In this document: positions 1 to 9,576 of the stretch, one piece after another
Layout of the letters: every line of letters starts with the position of its first letter
Position numbering within the stretch: the stretch's first letter is position 1
Assembly (NCBI GenBank): GCA_035573915.1
Contig: DATLZQ010000052.1
Location: 8,614-72,613 of the forward strand
Direction of reading: 5' to 3'
DNA: 64,000 nt
From: Actinomycetota bacterium
Lineage (GTDB): Bacteria; Actinomycetota; UBA4738
The notes under the pieces: model-generated
Database searches by the model: none
Seen by the model: only the letters and a program-made list of their open reading frames with translations
What the model was told of the DNA's origin: nothing
Position numbers and translations under genes: made by a program

Positions 1-1044
1 ATCCGGGCCGGGGCCCTGTTCGACTTCGCCGAGCTCGCCCGGTGCGGGGTGACCACCGTGGTGGACTTCTTCTACCTCCACGACCGGGGCAACGAGAACG
101 CCCTGGCCGTGGTGGAGGCGGCCCGGGAGGTGGGGCTGCGGGTGGTCATCGCCCGGTGCATGTACGACTGGGCCGGGGCGCCCCGCCGCTACCTGGAGTC
201 CATCGACGAGGCCGAACGCAACTTCCGCGAGCTCTTCGCCGAACTCCGGGGGGGCCGGTTCGCCTTCGTCCAGCCCGCCCCCCACTCCGTGCACGCGGCC
301 AGCCCGGACATGATCCGGGCCGGGGCCGACCTGGCCCGGGAGTTCGGGGTCCCCTTCCACATCCACGTGGCCGAGGGCCGCTACGAGCGGGAGCGGACCC
401 TTGAGCGGCACGGCCGGACGCCCGTGGGGTTCCTCGACCACCTGGGGGTCCTCTCCGAGCGGACGCTCATGGTCCACTGCGTGTGGGTGGACGAGGAGGA
501 CCTGGCCCTCATGGCCGCGCGGGGGGTCCGGGTGGTCCACTGCCCCTCGGCCAACGCCTTCCTGGGCGACGGCATCGCCCCGGTGCGGGGGATGCTGGAG
601 CGGGCCATCCCCGTGGCCCTGGGGACCGACGGGGGGTGCACCAACAACCGCCGCTCGGTGTTCGAGGAGATGCGGATGGCGGCCCTCCTGGCCCGGGCCG
701 CGGCCGCCGACGGCTCGGCCCTGGGGGCCGAGGAGGCCCTCCTCATGGGCACGGCCCGGGGCGGGGAGGCCCTGGGGCTCCCGGTGGGCCGGATCGCCCC
801 CGACCACGCCGCGGACCTGGTGGTCCTGGACCTGGAGGCCCTCTCCCTCCAGCCCGCCGCCACCGCCCCCCAGCAGGTGGTCCACGCCATGCAGCCCGAG
901 GCCATCCGCCGGGTGATCGTGGGGGGCGAGACGGTCGTCGAGGGCGGGCGCCTGACCAGGGTGGACGAGCGGGAGGTCGTGGCCAGGGTCCGGGAGGTCA
1001 CCCGGGGGTGGCAGCCCGTGGCCGAGGGGGCCCTCCCCCACTAA
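1..1044 (+). CDS. Amidohydrolase-family protein (metal-dependent deaminase/chlorohydrolase-like), 5'-truncated at window edge
   Basis: Reading frame is open from nt 1 (same frame as listed ORF 49..1044). Translation carries amidohydrolase TIM-barrel hallmarks (FHIHVAEG, HCVW, ALGTDGG). Stop at 1042-1044. Confidence 0.75.
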   Translation: MRAGALFDFAELARCGVTTVVDFFYLHDRGNENALAVVEAAREVGLRVVIARCMYDWAGAPRRYLESIDEAERNFRELFAELRGGRFAFVQPAPHSVHAASPDMIRAGADLAREFGVPFHIHVAEGRYERERTLERHGRTPVGFLDHLGVLSERTLMVHCVWVDEEDLALMAARGVRVVHCPSANAFLGDGIAPVRGMLERAIPVALGTDGGCTNNRRSVFEEMRMAALLARAAAADGSALGAEEALLMGTARGGEALGLPVGRIAPDHAADLVVLDLEALSLQPAATAPQQVVHAMQPEAIRRVIVGGETVVEGGRLTRVDEREVVARVREVTRGWQPVAEGALPH

Positions 1045-1109
1045 ACTTCCCATCCTTCGGGCAGGAAGGGGCCGGGCCCGTCCCGCCCAGCCCAGAGGCG
1101 GAGGAAGGC

Positions 1110-2060
1110 GTGGTCGAGGCGTACCAGTTCGGCATCTACCCGCGCTCGGAGGAGGTGGTGGCTGCCACCCGGGGGCTGGACCGGGGGCGGACGTCCCCCG
1201 AGGAGGTGGCCGTGGCCTTCAAGCGGGACCGGGCGGAGTTCGTCCGGGTCCAGCAGGAGGCCGGCCTGGACTACTTCTCCGACGGGCTGCTCCGCTGGCA
1301 GGACCTGTTCCGTCCCCTGGTCGAGGCCACCCCCGGCCTAGAGGCCAGGGCGCTGGTCCGCTGGTTCGACAACAACGCGTTCTTCCGGGCCCCCGAGCTG
1401 ACCGGCCCCCTGGGGCGGGCGGAGGTCTCCCACGTCTTCGAGGACGGAGCGGAGGTGCCCGAGCCCCGGGTGGCCACCCTCCCCTCCCCCTTCCTCTTCT
1501 CCCGGGTGGTGCGGGGCGCCTCGGACCGGGACGGCCTCATGGTGGAGCTGGCCCGGCTGGTCCTGGCCCCGGTGGCCGGAGCCCTGGCGGAGCGGGGCTA
1601 CCGGCTCCTCCACCTCCAGGAGCCCTGGCTCCCCTACTTCGGGATCGAGGAGGGGTCCTGGGGGAGCTTCGAGCGGGCCCTGGCCGAGGTCCGGGAGGCC
1701 GCCCCGGGGGCCCGCCTGGTCCTCCACACCTGCTTCGCCGACGCCGCGCCCTACGCGGGGCGCCTCCGCCGCCTCCCCGTGGACGCCGTGGGGGTGGACT
1801 TCGTGGAGACCGACCTCGAGGCCCTGGGCTCGGGCTGGGAGGTGGGACTGCTGGCCGGGGTGGTGGACGGGCGCCGGTCCCTGCTCGAGCCGGTGGACCG
1901 GACGGCGGCCTTCGTGCGCCGGGCGGCGGAGGCGCTCTCCCCTCCGTTCGTGCTGGTGTCCTCCAGCTGCGAGCTGGAGTTCCTCTCCGAGCCCCTGGCC
2001 CGGCGCAAGGTCCTCCGCCTGGGCGAGGTGGCCCGGGCCCTCAAGGAGGCGGGGCTGTGA
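1110..2060 (+). CDS. MetE N-terminal-domain-like protein (UroD/MetE superfamily, lacks Zn ligands)
   Basis: Tail of listed ORF 483..2060. GTG at 1110 preceded by GGAGGAAGG. WFDNNAFFRAPEL resembles the MetE N-domain motif WFDTNYHY.VPEL. No His/Cys/Glu/Cys zinc site. Upstream part of the ORF is G/R/P low-complexity run-on. Confidence 0.6.
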   Translation: MVEAYQFGIYPRSEEVVAATRGLDRGRTSPEEVAVAFKRDRAEFVRVQQEAGLDYFSDGLLRWQDLFRPLVEATPGLEARALVRWFDNNAFFRAPELTGPLGRAEVSHVFEDGAEVPEPRVATLPSPFLFSRVVRGASDRDGLMVELARLVLAPVAGALAERGYRLLHLQEPWLPYFGIEEGSWGSFERALAEVREAAPGARLVLHTCFADAAPYAGRLRRLPVDAVGVDFVETDLEALGSGWEVGLLAGVVDGRRSLLEPVDRTAAFVRRAAEALSPPFVLVSSSCELEFLSEPLARRKVLRLGEVARALKEAGL

Positions 2061-3238
2061 CCGAGGCCGCAGCGCTCCTGCGCAAGCCCCTCCTCACCCA
2101 CGAGGTGGGGTCCCTCGACAAGCCCGGGTGGAGGGTCAAGGCCTACGCCGGGGCCCGACTCGAGGAGCGGGACATCGAGGAGGCCCGGCGGTGGGGGGAG
2201 CGGCTTCAGGTCCCGGGCTACGAGGAGCTCCTGGAGCTCCTGCGGCGCACGCCCCTCCCCCGGGAGGAGCGGGCCGAGGTCAAGAGGTGGTCCAGCCGCT
2301 ACGCCCTCCGGCTCCTCGAGTCCGCCGGGCTAGACGTGGTCTACGACGGCGAACAGCAGCGGAGCGAGATGTACCAGTGGGCCGTGGCCCACACGAACGG
2401 CTTCGAGTGGCGGGGGAGCGTCCGGGCCTTCGACAACAAGTACTATTCCAAGGCGGCCGTGGTTGGGCCCGTCTCCGTCAAGGCGCCCTACCACAACGAG
2501 GAGTTCGCCTTCCTGCGCTCGGTGGCCCGGGCCGAGCTCAAGGTGCCGGTGACCGGGGCCTACACCATCGCCGACTGGTCCTTCGACGAGCGCTACTACC
2601 TGGACCAGGACCTCGGGGAGCGCCACGCGGTTCGGCAGGCCCGCCGGAAGGAGGCCCGCCGGCGGTTCGTGCTGGACATGGCCCGGGACGTGATCCGGCC
2701 CAACGTGGAGGCCCTGATCGGGCTGGGGGCCCGCTGGATCCAGATCGACGAGCCCGGGGGATCCACCGAACCGGACGAGCTCGACCTGTTCGTGGAGGCC
2801 TTCAACGTCTCGGTGGAGGGCCTGGACGCCGTGTTCTCCACCCACCTGTGCTTCTCCGACTACGACCTGTTCTTCCCGGCCATCGAGGGGATGACGGCCT
2901 GCCGCCAGTTCTGCGTGGGCTTCGCCAACTACGACCGGCGGGAGCTCGGGCGGCGGGCCGAGGACCGCCCCGGGTACCGGGTCCTCCCCAAGTTCCGCGA
3001 CCTCCCCTACCGCCCGGCGCTGGGGGTGGGGGTGCTGGACATCCACACGGACTTCATCGAGCCCCCCGAGCTGGTCCGGGACCGCGTCCTCCACGCCGTG
3101 GAGGTCATGGGCGACCCCGCCCGGGTCCACGTGACGCCCGACTGCGGGCTGCGCACCAGGTCCTGGGAGGTGGCCTACGCCAAGCTCCGCAACATGGTGG
3201 AGGGCGTGGAGCTGGCCCGGAAGGAGCTGGGGCTCTAG
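2057..3238 (+). CDS. Cobalamin-independent methionine synthase catalytic (MetE C-terminal-like) domain protein
   Basis: GTG start overlaps the upstream stop as GTGA, with AAGGAGG RBS 7 nt upstream. Motifs T.VGSL (T.IGSFP-like), WIQIDEPG (IQIDE), THLCFSDYD (HxCxS zinc ligands), VTPDCGLRTRSW (PDCGL.TR). Confidence 0.75.
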   Translation: MTEAAALLRKPLLTHEVGSLDKPGWRVKAYAGARLEERDIEEARRWGERLQVPGYEELLELLRRTPLPREERAEVKRWSSRYALRLLESAGLDVVYDGEQQRSEMYQWAVAHTNGFEWRGSVRAFDNKYYSKAAVVGPVSVKAPYHNEEFAFLRSVARAELKVPVTGAYTIADWSFDERYYLDQDLGERHAVRQARRKEARRRFVLDMARDVIRPNVEALIGLGARWIQIDEPGGSTEPDELDLFVEAFNVSVEGLDAVFSTHLCFSDYDLFFPAIEGMTACRQFCVGFANYDRRELGRRAEDRPGYRVLPKFRDLPYRPALGVGVLDIHTDFIEPPELVRDRVLHAVEVMGDPARVHVTPDCGLRTRSWEVAYAKLRNMVEGVELARKELGL

Positions 3239-3257
3239 CGGGCCGGGCTCCTGGGCC

Positions 3258-4565
3258 TCAGGGCTCGGCCCCCTCCACCCGCAGGACCGAGCGCACCTCC
3301 TCCACCACGTCGAGACCCCGGAGGTCCTCCACCGTGGCCCGCAGGTCCCGCTCCGTGGCCCGGTGGGTGACCAGGACGATCTGGGCCTCGTCCCCCCTCC
3401 CCTCCTGCCACACGGATTTGATGGAGACCCCGTGGTCGGCGAAGGCCCGGGCGATGGCGGCCAGGACCCCCGGCCGGTCCACCACCTCGAGCAGCAGGTA
3501 GTACTGGGCCTCCAGCTCCTCGATGGGGCGCAGGCGACGGGTGGGCCCTTCCGGGAGGACGAAGGCGGGGAGGTGCGAGGCCGCCCCCCCGCCGCCCCGG
3601 GCCAGGTCGATGATGTCCCCCACCACCGAGGTGGCCGTGGGGTCGCCCCCCGCGCCCCGGCCGTAGAGCATGAGGGGGCCCACCCGCTCCCCCTCCACGT
3701 AGACCGCGTTGAAGCTCTCCCGGACCGAGGCCAGGGGGTGGTCGGCGGGGATCATGGCCGGGTGGACCCGCACCGACACCGCTCCCCCGTCGGCCTCCGC
3801 GATGGCCAGCAGCTTCACCACGTAGCCGAGCCGGCGGGCGGCCCGGATGTCCTCGGCCGTCACCCCGGAGATCCCCTCCCGGTAGACGTCGGCCGCCGAG
3901 ACGGGGACATCGAAGGCGATGGTGGCCAGGATGGCCGCCTTGGCCGCGGCGTCGTGGCCCTCCACGTCGTCGGTGGGGTCGGCCTCGGCGTAGCCTAGGG
4001 CCCGGGCCTCGGCCACCGCCTCCTGGAGCGACGCCCCGTCCTCCGTCATGCGGGTGAGGACGTAGTTCGTGGTGCCGTTCACGATCCCCACGAACCGGGA
4101 GATCCGGTCCCCCGCCAGGTGCTCCCGCAGGGGCCGGATGAGGGGGATGCCCCCGCCCACGGCGGCCTCGTAGAGCAGGTCCACCCCGGCCGCCCCCGCC
4201 GCCTCGAACAGCTCCCGCCCGCACGTGGCCAGCAGCTCCTTGTTGGCCGTGACCGCGGGCTTGCCGTGGGCGAAGGCCTCAAGGAGCAGTGAACGGGGGG
4301 GCTCGATCCCCCCGATGAGCTCCACCACCACGTCCACCTCCGGGTCCCGGACCACGTCGAAGGGGTGGGCGGTGAACCGCTCACGGGGGCAGGGGACCCT
4401 CCGGTCCCGGCCGGGGTCCCGGACGGCCACCCGGGCCACCTCGATCCGCCGCCCGGACCGCCGTTCGATCTCCTCGGCGTGCTCGTGGAGCATGCGGACC
4501 ACGGCGGCCCCCACGTTACCGCAGCCCAGGAGCCCCACCCTCAGGACGTCCGCCACGGCGTGCAT
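3258..4565 (-). CDS. hom: Homoserine dehydrogenase
   Basis: N-terminal LGCGNVG NAD(P)-binding motif, NGTTNYVL, C-terminal ACT-like region. Full length about 435 aa. Confidence 0.9.
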   Translation of the reverse strand: MHAVADVLRVGLLGCGNVGAAVVRMLHEHAEEIERRSGRRIEVARVAVRDPGRDRRVPCPRERFTAHPFDVVRDPEVDVVVELIGGIEPPRSLLLEAFAHGKPAVTANKELLATCGRELFEAAGAAGVDLLYEAAVGGGIPLIRPLREHLAGDRISRFVGIVNGTTNYVLTRMTEDGASLQEAVAEARALGYAEADPTDDVEGHDAAAKAAILATIAFDVPVSAADVYREGISGVTAEDIRAARRLGYVVKLLAIAEADGGAVSVRVHPAMIPADHPLASVRESFNAVYVEGERVGPLMLYGRGAGGDPTATSVVGDIIDLARGGGGAASHLPAFVLPEGPTRRLRPIEELEAQYYLLLEVVDRPGVLAAIARAFADHGVSIKSVWQEGRGDEAQIVLVTHRATERDLRATVEDLRGLDVVEEVRSVLRVEGAEP

Positions 4566-4641
4566 GGTAGCGGGGCCGGCGGTCCCGGGACCGGCTCGCG
4601 GGGCCCACGGCGGCCCCGGCGTTGGGCGGTCCCCTGGGGGC

Positions 4642-6306
4642 TCAGTCCGTTCCCGGGAGGCGGATGCCCTTCTCCCGGGCCGTGCGCAGGGCCTCCTCGT
4701 AGCCAGCGTCGGCGTGGCGGACCACCCCGAGGCCGGGGTCGGTGGTGAGGACCCGCTCCAGCCGAGTCGCCGCCTCCTCGGTCCCGTCGGCCACCACCAC
4801 CATCCCGGCGTGGATGGAGTAGCCGATCCCCACCCCGCCTCCGTGGTGGACGCTCACCCAGTGGGCCCCGGCCGCCGTATTGAGGAGGGCGTTGAGGATG
4901 GGCCAGTCGGCGATGGCGTCGGAGCCGTCCCGCATCCCCTCCGTCTCCCGGTAGGGGGAGGCCACGCTCCCCGCGTCCAGGTGGTCCCGGCCGATCACGA
5001 TGGGGGCGGCGACCTCGCCCCGGCGGACCAGCTCGTTGAAGGCCAGGCCCGCCCGGTCCCGCTCGCCGTAGCCCAGCCAGCAGATCCGGGCCGGCAGACC
5101 CTGGAAGGCCACCCGCTCCTCGGCCATCCGCAGCCAGCGGCGGAGCCGCTCGTCCTCGGGGAACAGCTCGGCCACGGCCCGGTCCGTGGCCAAGATGTCC
5201 CCGGGGTCGCCCGAGAGCGCCACCCACCGGAACGGCCCCTTGCCCCGGCAGAACATGGGCCGGATGAAGGCGGGGACGAACCCGGGGTAGGCGAAGGCCC
5301 GCTCGAACCCTCCCCGCCGGGCCCCGGCCCGCAGGTTGTTGCCGTAGTCGAACACCACGGCCCCGGCGTCGAGGAAGCCCACCATGGCCTCGCAGTGGCG
5401 GGCCATGGACTCGTAGGAGCGGCGGACGTACTCCTCGGGGTCCCGGGCCCGGAGCTCGGCCGCCTCCTCCAGGGAGAGCCCGGCCGGGATGTAGCCGCCC
5501 AGGGGGTCGTGGGCGCTGGTCTGGTCGGTGACCACGTCCGCGGGGAACCCCCGCCGGAGGAGCTCCGGGAACACCTCGGCGGCGTTGCCCACCAGGCCCA
5601 CGGAGAGGGGTTTCCCGGCCCGGGCCGCCTCCTCCGCCAGCCTGGCCGCCTCGTCCAGGGAGTCCGTCTCCCGGTCCAGGTAGCGCGTCTTGATGCGCCG
5701 CTCCACCCGGGCCGGGTCCACCTCCACCACCAGGGCCACCCCCTCGTTCATGGTCACGGCCAGGGGCTGGGCGCCCCCCATGCCGCCCAGCCCGGCCGTG
5801 AGCACGATCCGGCCCCGGAGGGTCCCCCCGAAGCGCTGGGAGGCCAGCTCGGCCAGGGTCTCGTAGGTCCCCTGGAGGATCCCCTGGGTCCCGATGTAGA
5901 TCCAGGACCCCGCGGTCATCTGCCCGAACATGGTGAGCCCCGCCCGCTCGAGCTCCCAGAACGTCTCCCAGTCCGCCCACTTGGGCACGAGTATGGCGTT
6001 GGAGATCAGGACCCTGGGGGCCAGCCGGTGGGTGCGGAACACCGCCACGGGCTTGCCGGACTGGACGAGGAGCGTCTCGTCGTCCTCGAGCTCCCGCAGG
6101 CAGCGCACGATCCGGTGGAAGGCGTCCCAGTTCCGGGCGGCCCTGCCGGTGCCCCCGTAGACGACGAGGTCCCGGGGGCGCTCGGCCACCTCGGGGTCGA
6201 GGTTGTTCATGAGCATGCGGAGGGCGGCCTCCTGAGGCCAGCCCTTGCAGGAGATCGCACTCCCCCGGGGGGCCCGGACCTCGGGCACGGCCTCCACGCT
6301 CTGCAA
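4642..6306 (-). CDS. hutU: Urocanate hydratase
   Basis: 554 aa. [25 protein letters not shown] and [10 protein letters not shown] motifs typical of HutU. Confidence 0.9.
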   Translation of the reverse strand: MQSVEAVPEVRAPRGSAISCKGWPQEAALRMLMNNLDPEVAERPRDLVVYGGTGRAARNWDAFHRIVRCLRELEDDETLLVQSGKPVAVFRTHRLAPRVLISNAILVPKWADWETFWELERAGLTMFGQMTAGSWIYIGTQGILQGTYETLAELASQRFGGTLRGRIVLTAGLGGMGGAQPLAVTMNEGVALVVEVDPARVERRIKTRYLDRETDSLDEAARLAEEAARAGKPLSVGLVGNAAEVFPELLRRGFPADVVTDQTSAHDPLGGYIPAGLSLEEAAELRARDPEEYVRRSYESMARHCEAMVGFLDAGAVVFDYGNNLRAGARRGGFERAFAYPGFVPAFIRPMFCRGKGPFRWVALSGDPGDILATDRAVAELFPEDERLRRWLRMAEERVAFQGLPARICWLGYGERDRAGLAFNELVRRGEVAAPIVIGRDHLDAGSVASPYRETEGMRDGSDAIADWPILNALLNTAAGAHWVSVHHGGGVGIGYSIHAGMVVVADGTEEAATRLERVLTTDPGLGVVRHADAGYEEALRTAREKGIRLPGTD

Positions 6307-6358
6307 TGTCTCTGCAATGATGGCCCGTCCGGACCGGCACCGGCAACCCGCGGGGGGC

Positions 6359-7198
6359 TCAGATGGTCTCCGCCGCTGGGGCCGGGCCCAGGAGGAGGCG
6401 GACCACGGCCTCCACGTCGCTGAGGTCGGGGAGGACGGCGTCCGCCCCCGAGTCCCGGAGCTCCTCGTAGCCGTAGTGGCGGCCGGTGGCCACGAGCAGG
6501 CACCGCACCCTTGCGGCCCGGGCGCAGGCCAGGTCCCTGGGGGTGTCCCCGATGACCCACACCTCCTCCGGGCGGAACCGGTGGCCGGAGCGGGCCGAGG
6601 CCCGCTCCACGGCCAGGGGGACCAGGGCCCGCCGGTCGTGGTGGTCGCTCCCGTAGGCCCCCACCTCGAGGTCCAACCACCGGTCCAGCCCGAAGGCCCG
6701 CAGCTTGACCAGGGCGTTGGAGGCGAGGTTCCCGGTGAGGACGGTCTGGACCACCCCCGGGGTGGCGTGGAGGCGGGGCAGGAGCGCCTCCACCCCCGGC
6801 AGGACCCTCCCGCGCCGGCGGATCTCCTCCACCGCCCCCGCCAGCGCTCCCTCCAGCCCGGCCAGGACGCCCGGGAGGTGGCGGGCCACCTCCTCCCCCG
6901 AGAGGGCCAGGGCGGCCAGGATCTCCCGGGCGATCTGGGGGTCGGTCTTGCCGCTCATCACCACCCCGTGCTCCCAGGGGTCCCGGCCCAGGGCCCGGGC
7001 CACGGCCAGGTCGAAGGCGGCCCGGGCCACGGGGCCGGCGTGGACCAGGGTCCCGTCCACGTCCCAGAGCAGCAGCCGCCAACCCCCGGGCGCGAGCTGG
7101 GGATGGCCGACGCCGGGCCCGGCCTCGGGCTGCCCGGCGCCGGGCTCGGCACCCTTCCCTCGGTCAGGCGCCTCGGTCACGGAGCAAGCCTGACCCAC
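6359..7198 (-). CDS. HAD-superfamily hydrolase
   Basis: [10 protein letters not shown] (DxDGT motif I), SGKTD (motif II), GDTPRD (motif IV). True start may be downstream of the first ATG; the N-terminal roughly 40 aa are Gly/Pro-rich. Confidence 0.7.
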   Translation of the reverse strand: MGQACSVTEAPDRGKGAEPGAGQPEAGPGVGHPQLAPGGWRLLLWDVDGTLVHAGPVARAAFDLAVARALGRDPWEHGVVMSGKTDPQIAREILAALALSGEEVARHLPGVLAGLEGALAGAVEEIRRRGRVLPGVEALLPRLHATPGVVQTVLTGNLASNALVKLRAFGLDRWLDLEVGAYGSDHHDRRALVPLAVERASARSGHRFRPEEVWVIGDTPRDLACARAARVRCLLVATGRHYGYEELRDSGADAVLPDLSDVEAVVRLLLGPAPAAETI

Positions 7199-7237
7199 GA
7201 TGGGGGCCCTGCCAACCGGGGACGGCGTCCGCCGCCC

Positions 7238-8665
7238 TCAGCCTGCCGCGGGACCCCCGGCCCGGTCCGGGCCCTGCCCGGCCCCGACCGGGCGGGCCGG
7301 GTCCACCGCGCCCCTGCTGCTCCCGATGAGGTCCCGGTACCAGGAGGCGCTCCGCTTGGGGACCCGCCACTGGGTCTCGTAGTCGACGTACACGAGCCCG
7401 AACCGCTTGGAGTAGCCCTCGGTCCACTCGAAGTTGTCCAGGAAGGACCACACGAAGTAGCCCCGGAGGTCGACCCCGTCCGCCAGGGCCGCCCCCGCCG
7501 CCGCCACGTGGGAGGCGAGGTAGCGGACGCGCTCGTCGTCCAGGACCTCGCCGTCCGCCAGGGCGTCGTCGTAGGCCGCGCCGTTCTCGGTGATGAGGAT
7601 GGGGAGCGGAGGGTAGTCCCGGGCCAGCCGCACGAGCAGGCGGTGGAGCCCCTCCGGGGCCACCCGCCACCCCATGGCCGTGACCGGGCCCTCGGGGGGG
7701 ACGGCGGCCAGCTCCAGGGGGCCCTCCCCAGGGGCGTCCCTGACCACCGTCATCGCGTAGTAGTTCACCCCCAGGAAGTCCAGGCTCCCCCGCAGCTCCT
7801 GGAGGTCGCCCGGGCGCAGCCACGAGCGGTCCAGCCCTCGGTCCCGGTAGCGGGTCGTCAGGTCCTCCGGGTAGCGGCCCAGGAGGAGGGGGTCCAGGAA
7901 CCACCGGTTCCGGAACCCGTCCATGCGGGCCGCGGCGGCCACGTCCTCGGGCCGTTCGGTGGCCGGCTCGAGGTGGTGGAGGTCCAGGGCCACCCCCACC
8001 CGGGCCTCCGGGTGGCGCTCCCGGATGGCCCGGGCGGCCGCGGCGTGGGAGAGCAGCAGGTGGTGGGCCACGGCCAGGGCGGTGTCCCAGTCCCGGACCC
8101 CCGGCGCGTGGAGCCCGGTGGCGTGGCCGAGGAAGGCCGCCACCCAGGGCTCGTTCTGGGTCACCCAGTACGGGACCAGGTCCCCCAAGGCCGAGGCAAC
8201 CGCCGAGGCGTAGTCGGCGAACCACCGCACCGCCTCCCGGGTGGCCCAGCCCCCCCGGTCCTGCAGGGCCTGGGGGAGGTCCCAGTGGTACAGGGTGGCC
8301 ACCGGCACCATCCCCCGTTCGACCAGGCCCTCGACCAGGCGGCGGTAGAAGTCGAGCCCCGCCGGGTTCACCTTCCCCGTCCCCTCCGGCAGGACCCGGG
8401 GCCAGGCCACCGAGAAACGGTAGGCCCGCAGCCCGAGCTCGGCCATGAGGTCCAGGTCCTCCCGGTACCGGCGGTAGTGGTCGCAGGCCACGTCTCCCGT
8501 GTCCCCGTTTCGGACCCTCCCTGGCTGCCGGCAGAACACGTCCCAGATGGAGGGGCCACGGCCGTCCGCGGCCGCCGCCCCCTCCACCTGGTAGGCGGAG
8601 GTGGCCGCCCCCCACAGGAAGCCCTCGGGGAAGCGGGAGGCCGGGGCGGAGAGGGCGCCGCTCAC
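7238..8665 (-). CDS. Beta-glucosidase, glycoside hydrolase family 1
   Basis: C-terminal 476 codons of ORF 7238..9982. GTG start at 8665 overlaps the permease stop (GTGA). FPEGFLWGAATSAYQVEG, TLYHWDLPQ, ITENGAAY (catalytic nucleophile) motifs. Confidence 0.85.
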   Translation of the reverse strand: MSGALSAPASRFPEGFLWGAATSAYQVEGAAAADGRGPSIWDVFCRQPGRVRNGDTGDVACDHYRRYREDLDLMAELGLRAYRFSVAWPRVLPEGTGKVNPAGLDFYRRLVEGLVERGMVPVATLYHWDLPQALQDRGGWATREAVRWFADYASAVASALGDLVPYWVTQNEPWVAAFLGHATGLHAPGVRDWDTALAVAHHLLLSHAAAARAIRERHPEARVGVALDLHHLEPATERPEDVAAAARMDGFRNRWFLDPLLLGRYPEDLTTRYRDRGLDRSWLRPGDLQELRGSLDFLGVNYYAMTVVRDAPGEGPLELAAVPPEGPVTAMGWRVAPEGLHRLLVRLARDYPPLPILITENGAAYDDALADGEVLDDERVRYLASHVAAAGAALADGVDLRGYFVWSFLDNFEWTEGYSKRFGLVYVDYETQWRVPKRSASWYRDLIGSSRGAVDPARPVGAGQGPDRAGGPAAG

Positions 8666-9561
8666 CCCTTGAGCGCCCCTTCCATGATCCCGCCCACGAT
8701 CTGCCGGCCGAGCAGGACGAAGATCACGAGGAGCGGCAGGACGGAGAGGACGGTCCCGGCCATCACCATCCCGTAGTCCTCGAAGTAGGCCTCGTTCAGG
8801 CCCTGCAGCGCCACCTGCACCGTGAGGCGGTTGGGGTCCCGCAGCACCACCAGGGGCCAGAGGAAGTCGTTCCAGGTCTGCATGAACGTGAACAGCCCGA
8901 GGACCGCGGCCCCCGGCCGGGCGGCGGGCACCACCACGCTCCAGAACAGCCGGAAGGTCGAGCACCCGTCGACCCGCCCCGCCTCCAGCAGCTCCTGGGG
9001 GACGGCGGAGGAGATGTACTGCCGCATCCAGAACACGCCGAAGGCGGTGACCAGACCGGGGACGATGACCGCCTGCAGTCGGTCCACCCAGCCCAGCCGG
9101 ACCATGATCATGAACTGGGGGATGATGCCCAGCTGGACCGGGACGATCATGGTGGCCACGATGAGCAGGAAGAGCACCCCCCGCCCCCGGAACTGGAGCC
9201 GGGCGAAGGCGAAGCCCGCCAGCGTCGAGAAGAACACCACCGAGGCCGTCACCGCCGTGGCCACGATGGCCGTGTTGAGGAGAGAACGGAGGAAGGGGAC
9301 GGTGTGGACCACCCGGCTCGCGTTCCGCAGGAAGTTGGGCCCCGGGACCACCGTGGGGGGCACCCGGCTGATGGCCGAGGAGTCGTTGGAGCCCACCACG
9401 AACATCCAGTACAGGGGGAACAGCGAGAGCGCCACGGCGACGGCGAGCAGCCCGTAGGTGCGGAGGCCGGCCCGACCCACCGCCCGAGGACCGCGCTTCG
9501 CCCCGCGGGCCCGGGCCCTGGGCCGGGCCGCCGCCCGCTCGAGGGCTCCCGCGGTCGCCAC
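8662..9561 (-). CDS. Carbohydrate ABC transporter permease (MalG/LacG-like)
   Basis: Six predicted TM helices and the EAA-like loop (VDGCSTFRLF) of binding-protein-dependent permeases. Confidence 0.8.
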   Translation of the reverse strand: MATAGALERAAARPRARARGAKRGPRAVGRAGLRTYGLLAVAVALSLFPLYWMFVVGSNDSSAISRVPPTVVPGPNFLRNASRVVHTVPFLRSLLNTAIVATAVTASVVFFSTLAGFAFARLQFRGRGVLFLLIVATMIVPVQLGIIPQFMIMVRLGWVDRLQAVIVPGLVTAFGVFWMRQYISSAVPQELLEAGRVDGCSTFRLFWSVVVPAARPGAAVLGLFTFMQTWNDFLWPLVVLRDPNRLTVQVALQGLNEAYFEDYGMVMAGTVLSVLPLLVIFVLLGRQIVGGIMEGALKG

Positions 9562-9576
9562 CCCTCCTCCTCCCTC

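Noticed and set aside
483-1109. 5' extensions of listed ORFs (483..1109, 15506..16909, 35699..36304, 53646..54707, 8666..9982, 59957..60622, 50926..52869, 25898..27373)
   Set aside because: Run-on in-frame sequence upstream of the real starts. Real starts were chosen where homology begins and an RBS or start/stop overlap is present.
2040-2070. Split MetE genes as a mere frameshift artefact
   Set aside because: The second gene has its own strong AAGGAGG RBS and a GTG overlapping the first stop (GTGA), the same coupling geometry seen at several other gene pairs in this window. An accidental indel would not create this. Still flagged for read-level verification.
4225-8776. Very long ORFs antisense to or overlapping well-supported genes (for example 4225..6423 +, 6245..8776 +, 14274..16787 -, 28916..31525 -, 23625..25985 portion)
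   Set aside because: Their translations are G/R/P/A low-complexity with no family resemblance. They lie opposite genes with clear homology. In a roughly 72% GC genome stop codons are rare, so long spurious ORFs are expected.
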